Made by a program: the position numbers and the translations under genes. The notes beneath the pieces are model-generated. The model worked only from the letters and a program-made list of their open reading frames with translations, was not told the origin of the DNA and did not search any database. Shown here piece after piece: positions 1-5,729 of a stretch of DNA of 24,528 nt; position 1 is the first letter of the stretch; each line of letters starts with the position of its first letter. Source of the stretch: a virus (Duplodnaviria > Caudoviricetes); IMG/VR virus record IMGVR_UViG_3300020042_009943, positions 1 to 24,528 of that record; one strand, written 5' to 3'.

Positions 1-238
1 TGTGATGACACGTGTCGGTTATCGTTCAAAAATCATCTGGTGCGGTGATTATCGGCAAACAGATTTACGCAAGAATAATGACAAGTCTGGATTATTGAAG
101 TTTTTTGATATTGCATATCACATGGGCGCATTTACTCGTATCGAATTTACGCCTGATGATATCGTTCGTTCTAGTTTGGTGAAAGACTATATATTGGCAA
201 AGTTAAAATACGAAGATTTAATCGAATCCCATAAATAG
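1..238 (+). CDS. phoH: PhoH-family ATPase, C-terminal fragment (5' truncated)
   Basis: Motifs TRVGYRSKIIWCGDYRQTDL, SGL and IEFTPDDIVRSSLVKDYI are typical of the PhoH C-terminus; phoH is common in aquatic T4-like phages. Confidence 0.92.
   Translation, partial: VMTRVGYRSKIIWCGDYRQTDLRKNNDKSGLLKFFDIAYHMGAFTRIEFTPDDIVRSSLVKDYILAKLKYEDLIESHK
230..237 (+). promoter_or_regulatory. T4-type late promoter (CATAAATA)
   Basis: NATAAATA box 29 nt upstream of the GTG at 267; SD AGGAG at 256-260. Confidence 0.6.
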
Positions 239-266
239 AATAATAACCGTTCTGTAGGAGAATATT

Positions 267-794
267 GTGCTATCATTAAAACAGTTTATCGTTGAAGGTA
301 ACGAAATCCAGCAAAGAGTGAACAAACACTTGACAAAGGGTCGTAGTGTTGGTACAATATCTCCTGAAGGACCGCATACTGATACACCAGAAAAAACTGC
401 TGCTGCACATAAGCAAATGCAAGGGCATTTAGAGACCGCACGTAAAGCTGGACATATCGGTGGCTGGTCTGGGCCCCACAAAGGACAGTATCAGTACGGT
501 TCTGGTGCAAAAGATGTAGCAAAAGAAGGTGCTTATGTTGTACATTCTAAAGGTGGTGAGAAAGAACATCATGATAGTTTAGTACATCATTTGAAGAAGA
601 TTGGTAATGAGCATAATCAAGAAAGTATCATGCACGTGAAGCCAAGTGGTGAAGCATCATATCATCATCTTAATCGTTCAGATAAAAAAGGCAGTGAGCA
701 ACACTTAGGTAAAATGCATTACAATCGACCATTAAAACAAGGCGGCGGTAATACTCAGATGAAAAAAGGTGGACATTCGTTCACAGTACAGTGA
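267..794 (+). CDS. His-rich putative internal head protein with capsid-targeting N-terminus; possible SAM lyase (SAMase)-like fold
   Basis: GTG start with AGGAG. N-terminus MLSLKQFIVE resembles the T4 internal-protein targeting peptide MKTYQEFIAE. 18 His in 175 aa. G73-Q-Y75, E87 and Q118-E-S120 are spaced like phage SAM lyase motifs. Confidence 0.6.
   Translation: MLSLKQFIVEGNEIQQRVNKHLTKGRSVGTISPEGPHTDTPEKTAAAHKQMQGHLETARKAGHIGGWSGPHKGQYQYGSGAKDVAKEGAYVVHSKGGEKEHHDSLVHHLKKIGNEHNQESIMHVKPSGEASYHHLNRSDKKGSEQHLGKMHYNRPLKQGGGNTQMKKGGHSFTVQ
330..358 (+). promoter_or_regulatory. Sigma70-type promoter inside CDS 267-794
   Basis: TTGACA (330-335), 17 nt spacer, TACAAT (353-358), with extended -10 TG at 350-351. 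Confidence 0.65.
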
Positions 795-802
795 GGTTAA
801 TT

Positions 803-982
803 ATGAATCAATCCGTGAAGAAGTTAGCTATAGATGCAGGTTTCGATATTGTAAAATCTGAAGTTGATTTTAATGGTAAAATATTAAGAGATGCATTAGA
901 ACGTTTTGCCAGATCAATAGCAAGAGAATGTATAGAATTATCGGATGCAGATAAAATTCGTGAGAAGTTTATCACCGATTAA
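803..982 (+). CDS. Small hypothetical phage protein (59 aa)
   Basis: ATG at 803 follows GAGG at 793-796, a better start than the GTG at 791. MNQSVKKLAIDAGF...LERFARSIAREC resembles a common small freshwater-phage protein family. Confidence 0.7.
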   Translation: MNQSVKKLAIDAGFDIVKSEVDFNGKILRDALERFARSIARECIELSDADKIREKFITD

Positions 983-985
983 AAG

Positions 986-1329
986 TATTGTTGTATGAAG
1001 TTGAATGAAAAGTATTCTGGACGGCGGTTCGATTCCGCCCACCTCCACCAGAAGCATATATGTCTGGCTTATATAAATCCGCTTGCCAGTTTAAATTAGA
1101 GGCGACTAAAACTAATTTAATGTGTGCTTCTGATGGGGGTGATCTGGTCTCGACAGGGTAAAGAGTAAGGATATGGACAACACGGTAATGTGAAAACCGT
1201 TAGGGTTGGGACTTCCTAGCCGAAGAAGCAAAATCCATAACTGCAAACGATGAGTTATACGCTTTAGCAGCTTAACCTGCTGAATGAGGTTTAAGCCGAC
1301 TGTCCTTATAACCAAATCAGTCGGCACCA
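986..1329 (+). ncRNA. ssrA: Circularly permuted (two-piece) tmRNA gene
   Basis: The acceptor piece comes first: T-arm GGCGG-TTCGATT-CCGCC (1023-1039), then CACCTCC-A-CCA (1040-1050). Intervening segment 1051-1134. The coding piece starts GGGGGTG (1135-1141), forming a 7-bp acceptor stem with the G3:U70 Ala determinant. Tag ORF 1243-1275 reads ANDELYALAA*. Outer ends are approximate. Confidence 0.95.
1243..1275 (+). other. tmRNA proteolysis tag reading frame (A)ANDELYALAA*
   Basis: Resume context ATAACT|GCA; codons GCA AAC GAT GAG TTA TAC GCT TTA GCA GCT TAA. The stop lies in the loop of helix 1263-1270/1277-1284, as in standard tmRNA helix 5. Confidence 0.93.
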
Positions 1330-1345
1330 ATAATACGGAGTTGTT

Positions 1346-1915
1346 ATGAAAGTTTATATTAGTAATTATCGTAATCATTGGATATCACCATACACAATAT
1401 GTGAGAAAATTTTCTTCTGGCGTGAGATTGATTATGATGAACCTATTATTGAACATCTAACAACTTTCCTAAAACCCTTTTGTGTAGCAATACAAAAGAT
1501 TCGTGATTTCATTCATCCTAAAATTGATTATGTGAAGATAGATTATTGGGATACTTGGAGTATGGATAGCACATTAGCTATTATCATTCTACCAATGTTG
1601 AGACAATTACGTGCAGAGAAACATGGTTCTGGTCTTGTTGATCTCGAAGATGTTCCAGAAGCAATGAGATACACAAGTACCGAAGATTATGATTCACAAT
1701 ACACGTTTGATTTTTATCATGAGCCAGATTTACAAAAAGTTCAATGTGATATACATGATCGTTGGGATTGGGTATTAGATGAAATGATTTTTGCATTCCA
1801 ATATAAAGTCGAAGAAAGTAATGGTAAAGATGATGAAAATTGGAGAGAGAATTATAAACGTGTAGAAAATGGTTTTCGTTTATTTGGTAAGTATTTTCAG
1901 AATTTGTGGGATTAA
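1346..1915 (+). CDS. Conserved hypothetical T4-like phage protein
   Basis: GGAG at 1337-1340. 189 aa Trp/Asp-rich ORF (WDTWSMDSTLA..., RWDWVLDEMIFAF, NGFRLFGKYFQNLWD); function unknown. Confidence 0.8.
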   Translation: MKVYISNYRNHWISPYTICEKIFFWREIDYDEPIIEHLTTFLKPFCVAIQKIRDFIHPKIDYVKIDYWDTWSMDSTLAIIILPMLRQLRAEKHGSGLVDLEDVPEAMRYTSTEDYDSQYTFDFYHEPDLQKVQCDIHDRWDWVLDEMIFAFQYKVEESNGKDDENWRENYKRVENGFRLFGKYFQNLWD

Positions 1916-1919
1916 AAAT

Positions 1920-1976
1920 ACTAAATAGATATACTGGCACCACACACAATCGCCAGTAACACACACAACACAGGAG
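1920..1976 (+). promoter_or_regulatory. Late-promoter variant (ACTAAATA) followed by a structured, CA-repeat 5' leader
   Basis: ACTAAATA at 1920-1927; hairpin TACTGGC (1932-1938)/GCCAGTA (1952-1958); CACACACAA at 1941-1949 and 1960-1968; SD GGAG at 1973-1976. Confidence 0.55.
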
Positions 1977-1983
1977 AAGTAAT

Positions 1984-2259
1984 ATGAGTAATCTATCACC
2001 GTTCGAGATTCGCCTCGAACTCTTAAAAATGTCTAAAGATTTACTTACTGAAGAGTACTTCGGTAAGAAAGATCAAATTCAACAAGACTGGCAAATCAAA
2101 GTAGAAGCAGCTAAAGTGAATGGTACAGCCGTACCAGATCATCCACCATTGCCAGCATTTCCCTCAGAGGACGATATCATTAAGAAAGCAGCAAGTCTTA
2201 ATGGGTTCGTTTCAAATATACCAGTAGAGATCAAACCGAAATCTAAATCATCTACCTGA
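1984..2259 (+). CDS. Conserved small helical hypothetical protein
   Basis: Strong SD; 91 aa with PFEIRLELLKMSK...FPSEDDIIKKAASLNGFVS, a pattern recognised from T4-like phage hypotheticals. Confidence 0.85.
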   Translation: MSNLSPFEIRLELLKMSKDLLTEEYFGKKDQIQQDWQIKVEAAKVNGTAVPDHPPLPAFPSEDDIIKKAASLNGFVSNIPVEIKPKSKSST

Positions 2260-2266
2260 ACGGGAA

Positions 2267-2285
2267 GAGGGGATTTATTCCCCTC
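2267..2285 (+). terminator. Intergenic hairpin (weak terminator or mRNA-stabilising stem)
   Basis: GAGGGGA (2267-2273)/TCCCCTC (2279-2285) with a 5-nt loop; no immediate U-tract. Confidence 0.45.
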
Positions 2286-2305
2286 CTAACTTTAAAGGAG
2301 AAGTC

Positions 2306-2854
2306 ATGCGGTCCCTAACTATTTTAATTAGTAGTTTACTAGTTTGTTTTATTATATTCTTTGGTCATGCTTTGGCTGAAGTGAATATTCCAATTAAATT
2401 GGATGCAGAATTTTATCAGTTGTCACCTCATGCACAACAAGAAGTTGAGTGCCTAGCACATAACATTTATTTTGAAGCTAAAAGTGAACCATTAGAAGGG
2501 CAGATTGCCGTAGCATTTGTTACACTGAATCGTGTTAAGAGTGGTAAGTATGTTAATAGTATTTGTGGTGTAGTTAAGCAAAAAACTGGAGGGGTGTGTC
2601 AATTTTCTTGGTGGTGTGAAGCAAGACAAAACAACATATCTCGAAGAAAACTCTTGACAACCGAAAACGATCCAGTGTATAATGAAGTAATGAATGTAGC
2701 ATTGAATTTTTATTTGAACAATGAAACAATGTATGATCCAACTAAAGGTGCTTTATTTTATCATGCCGATTACGTTAAGCCCGGATGGAAGAACATGCAT
2801 CGTACTGCATACATTGGACGACACATTTTTTACAATCGAGTGAGGATAAGCTAA
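2306..2854 (+). CDS. SleB/CwlJ-like cell wall hydrolase (Hydrolase_2 family) with N-terminal signal peptide
   Basis: Motifs CLAHNIYFEAKSEPLEGQIAVAFVTLNRV, CQFSW, DPTKGALFYHADYVKPGW and IGRHIFY; hydrophobic N-terminus ending in ALA. Confidence 0.92.
   Translation: MRSLTILISSLLVCFIIFFGHALAEVNIPIKLDAEFYQLSPHAQQEVECLAHNIYFEAKSEPLEGQIAVAFVTLNRVKSGKYVNSICGVVKQKTGGVCQFSWWCEARQNNISRRKLLTTENDPVYNEVMNVALNFYLNNETMYDPTKGALFYHADYVKPGWKNMHRTAYIGRHIFYNRVRIS
2654..2683 (+). promoter_or_regulatory. Consensus sigma70 promoter inside the hydrolase CDS
   Basis: Perfect TTGACA (2654-2659), 18 nt spacer, perfect TATAAT (2678-2683); points toward gp33-gp59-gp32. Confidence 0.65.
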
Positions 2855-3105
2855 TGAGTATAATAAAAGATAGTAGAATGAGTTCGGCAGGTACTACAGT
2901 ATGTGTAACATTGATAGCAGTATCGGTTATCATTGCAACATGCACGTATTATCTAACAGATCGTAGATTGATGGCAGCAAACATCGAAAATGCAATTTCG
3001 AAAGGCATCGATCCATTATCTGTTCGTTGTACATATGCAAAAAGTGACGATATTATTTGTGTAGCATATGCAGCAGCAGGTCCCACAACATCTGGCAAAA
3101 AATAA
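2854..3105 (+). CDS. Small single-pass membrane protein (83 aa)
   Basis: ATG overlaps the hydrolase stop (TAATG) with GAGGA upstream; hydrophobic segment TTVCVTLIAVSVIIATCTYYL. Confidence 0.75.
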   Translation: MSIIKDSRMSSAGTTVCVTLIAVSVIIATCTYYLTDRRLMAANIENAISKGIDPLSVRCTYAKSDDIICVAYAAAGPTTSGKK

Positions 3106-3120
3106 ACTTGGAGATATATT

Positions 3121-3423
3121 ATGAAATTTAAATTTATTGGTGAAAATAACTATCCGTTTGATAATAAAACTGAAACGTCTTTTGAAACGGGCCAATTATC
3201 TGATGTGCTCATGATGTTTAAAGATTTTTTACTTGGATGTGGATTTGCAATTAATGGTAATATTGAAATAACTGAACATAATGATTATCTATCAATTGAT
3301 AAGTTCGATGATGAAGTTGATTTGGGTTATGGCATATACGACAAAAAGTTTGATATGTCAAATATACCAAATAACAATTATCCATTTAATATTAATCCAT
3401 ATTTTGAATCGTCTGAGAAATAA
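3121..3423 (+). CDS. Hypothetical acidic phage protein
   Basis: GGAG SD; 100 aa ORF whose stop overlaps the gp33 start (TAATG). Confidence 0.75.
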   Translation: MKFKFIGENNYPFDNKTETSFETGQLSDVLMMFKDFLLGCGFAINGNIEITEHNDYLSIDKFDDEVDLGYGIYDKKFDMSNIPNNNYPFNINPYFESSEK

Positions 3424-3647
3424 TGCCCACAAAAGAAGAGATGTTAAAATTCACAAGGGCGATTGAAGAATTAGTATCTCGTACAGACTATAATTATATT
3501 GAAGCAATATGTGAGTACTGTAAAGATACGGGACTTGAGATGGAAGTGGCTGCAACATTAATTACACCAAATCTCAAATCTAAAATTCATGAGCAAGCAC
3601 AGAACTTAAATTTGATTAAAGAGAAAGGCAATCGTTTACCAATATGA
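3423..3647 (+). CDS. gp33: Late transcription coactivator gp33
   Basis: YIEAICEYCKDTGLEMEVAATLITPNLKSKIHEQAQNLNLIK...RLPI; directly upstream of gp59 as in T4. Confidence 0.9.
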   Translation: MPTKEEMLKFTRAIEELVSRTDYNYIEAICEYCKDTGLEMEVAATLITPNLKSKIHEQAQNLNLIKEKGNRLPI

Positions 3648-4261
3648 CAGGTTATGAAGCATTTTGTCTTTATTCATCTTTGAAACTTCATTTCACTACC
3701 GAATCATATGATTTTTTTAAATACAATGGTAAAGTGAGTACGAGTGTAGAGGCATTTGAGAATCGAAAAGATAAGTGGTACTTTTATAAACTATCACGCC
3801 GCTTTAATAACAAAGAACAAGGGCAAGATTTTCTTGTAGCTAACTTTGTTACTGATTCGAATGCGTGGATTGGTAATCTTTTGCAGAATGATGCTGAATT
3901 GTATTATCGTGTTCGTCAAAGTGTGATTCAATCTCTGACATATTCATTTACAAATGATATGACGAATCTGTTTCGTACTTTCAATGATGATCATAATGAA
4001 ATATTAAAATGTCATGATGGTCAATATCCTTATTTACTGCAAAGATATTTGCACGAGGGTATATCTATTGAATCGATGTGCATTTTAAATTCAGTACTTA
4101 ATTTTCTGCCTGCATGGGATAAAAAGATTAATGATACGATTCGATATCCTAAAATAAGTATGATGTTTAAAAAATATACACCGTTTATACCGATTGATAA
4201 TACGAAGTTTAAATTAATATTGAGAAAGATACTAGATGAAAATAAAGAAAATATATCTTGA
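3644..4261 (+). CDS. gp59: Helicase loader gp59
   Basis: Motifs YSSLKLHFTTESYDFFKYNGK, FENRKDKWYFYKLS and KKYTPF; 33-59-32 synteny. Confidence 0.92.
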   Translation: MTGYEAFCLYSSLKLHFTTESYDFFKYNGKVSTSVEAFENRKDKWYFYKLSRRFNNKEQGQDFLVANFVTDSNAWIGNLLQNDAELYYRVRQSVIQSLTYSFTNDMTNLFRTFNDDHNEILKCHDGQYPYLLQRYLHEGISIESMCILNSVLNFLPAWDKKINDTIRYPKISMMFKKYTPFIPIDNTKFKLILRKILDENKENIS

Positions 4262-4739
4262 TATGGATGGGGTCATATCAGATTTTCACAAAAAATATAT
4301 TGAGTTATTTAAAGTCAACCCTGTAGGATATCGTGAACGTAAAGAAGAAGAGAATGGCTACTGGGACCAGTTTGTTAGTGGTCGTAACTTTGAAAAGCTT
4401 GATTGGTATCCTGGTGGTGTAGAACTAGTAAAGTTTATTCGACAACTTGATATACCCGTTGAGATTCTAACTTCATCTGGTGGTAATAAACATCACGAAT
4501 CAGTAGCAGAGCAAAAGAAGATTTGGCTCAAGACACAAGGCATTACATACCCAGTCAATGTTGTTCCGGGTCGTGATAAAAAAGCTGAGTTTGCCACACC
4601 AGATTCAATTTTAATTGATGACACGGCAGATGTAATTGAAGGTTTCAATGCAGCAGGTGGTATCGGTATTTTGCACAAAGGTGATGTTAGGCAAACAATC
4701 GATATTTTACAAAAACACCTTGACGAGGTGACTATATAA
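4236..4739 (+). CDS. HAD-superfamily 5'(3')-deoxyribonucleotidase-like protein
   Basis: Motif I YLDMDGVISDF, motif II ILTS, KKIWL and motif IV ILIDD, plus AAGGIGILH. Confidence 0.88.
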   Translation: MKIKKIYLDMDGVISDFHKKYIELFKVNPVGYRERKEEENGYWDQFVSGRNFEKLDWYPGGVELVKFIRQLDIPVEILTSSGGNKHHESVAEQKKIWLKTQGITYPVNVVPGRDKKAEFATPDSILIDDTADVIEGFNAAGGIGILHKGDVRQTIDILQKHLDEVTI

Positions 4740-4748
4740 GAGTATATT
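4720..4748 (+). promoter_or_regulatory. Sigma70-like promoter for gene 32
   Basis: TTGACG (4720-4725), 17 nt spacer, TATATT (4743-4748), followed by an AT-rich leader with a GAGG SD. Confidence 0.5.
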
Positions 4749-4806
4749 ATGCTTATGTGGACAATACGTTATATTTTAAACACACTAACTATACGAGGTA
4801 ACTACT

Positions 4807-5691
4807 ATGGATTTTTCCGCACTTAAACGCAACAGCAACTCATTCGATAAACTTACTAAAGCAATCGAATCAATCAATACTCCCACAGCAGAAGCAGGTT
4901 CAAAAGAAGATGATCGTTTCTGGCAACCAGAAGTAGACAAAGCTGGTAATGGTATGGCTATCATTCGTTTTCTACCTGCGCCAGCAGCAGATGGTGATGA
5001 ATCACTTCCTTGGGTCCGTGTATTCAATCATGGATTTCAAGGCCCAGGCGGTTGGTATATCGAAAACTCCTTAACTACTTTGAATCAGAAAGATCCAGTA
5101 TCAGAGTATAACTCTGTTTTGTGGAATTCTGGCATCGAAGCAAACAAAGAAATTGCACGTAAGCAAAAACGCCGTTTAACTTATATTGCAAATATTCTTG
5201 TCGTATCTGATCCTAAGAATCCAGAGAACGAAGGTCAAATCAAACTGTATAAATTTGGTAAAAAGATTTTCGATAAAATTTCTGAAGCAATGAATCCTGA
5301 GTTTGAAGATGAGACACCGTTAAATCCTTTCGACTTCTGGGAAGGTGCTAACTTTAAGATTAAGATTCGTCAAGTTGAAGGTTATCGTAATTATGATAAG
5401 TCTGAGTTTGATAAGCCATCAGAAGTTCTTGATGGAGATGATGCTAAACTTGAAGCATTATGGAAAAAAGAATATTCGTTGAAAGAATTCTTGGAACCTA
5501 AAAACTTCAAATCATATGATGTGTTGAAAGCAAAGTTGGATAAAGTTTTAGGTCTTGATGGTGTTGCACCAATTAAGAGTAAAGCAGAAGATTCAATTGC
5601 AGCTCCAACATTGAAAAAATCTGCTCCAAGTCTTAGTGAAGATGAAGATGAAGAGTTAGATTATTTTAAATCATTAGCTGATAAAGACTAA
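4807..5691 (+). CDS. gp32: Single-stranded DNA-binding protein gp32
   Basis: Motifs DDRFWQPEVDKAGNGMAIIRFLPAP, KFGKKIFDKI, FDFWEGANFKIKIRQVEGYRNYDKSEF and an acidic C-terminal tail. Confidence 0.97.
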   Translation: MDFSALKRNSNSFDKLTKAIESINTPTAEAGSKEDDRFWQPEVDKAGNGMAIIRFLPAPAADGDESLPWVRVFNHGFQGPGGWYIENSLTTLNQKDPVSEYNSVLWNSGIEANKEIARKQKRRLTYIANILVVSDPKNPENEGQIKLYKFGKKIFDKISEAMNPEFEDETPLNPFDFWEGANFKIKIRQVEGYRNYDKSEFDKPSEVLDGDDAKLEALWKKEYSLKEFLEPKNFKSYDVLKAKLDKVLGLDGVAPIKSKAEDSIAAPTLKKSAPSLSEDEDEELDYFKSLADKD

Positions 5692-5697
5692 ATCGAT

Positions 5698-5729
5698 GCC
5701 CCCCAAGAAGTTTATTGGGGGGTTTTTTT
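5698..5729 (+). terminator. Rho-independent terminator after gene 32
   Basis: CCCCCCAA (5699-5706)/TTGGGGGG (5715-5722) stem followed by T7 (5723-5729); lies between convergent genes. Confidence 0.9.

Noticed and set aside
1019-1050. Stand-alone tRNA gene or attP-like tRNA 3' fragment
   Set aside because: No D-arm or anticodon arm upstream. Its acceptor partner lies downstream at 1135-1141 with a tag ORF, so it is the acceptor piece of a permuted tmRNA.
1112-1378. 88-aa minus-strand ORF
   Set aside because: Antisense shadow of the tmRNA; no recognisable protein features.
1939-1972. CA repeats as a CRISPR array or phase-variable microsatellite
   Set aside because: Only two 9-nt copies, with no spacer structure and no cas genes; kept as a candidate regulatory leader instead.
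2785-2853. Longer 106-aa start for the membrane protein
   Set aside because: It overlaps the hydrolase C-terminus by about 70 nt; the ATG at 2854 has an SD and stop-start coupling.
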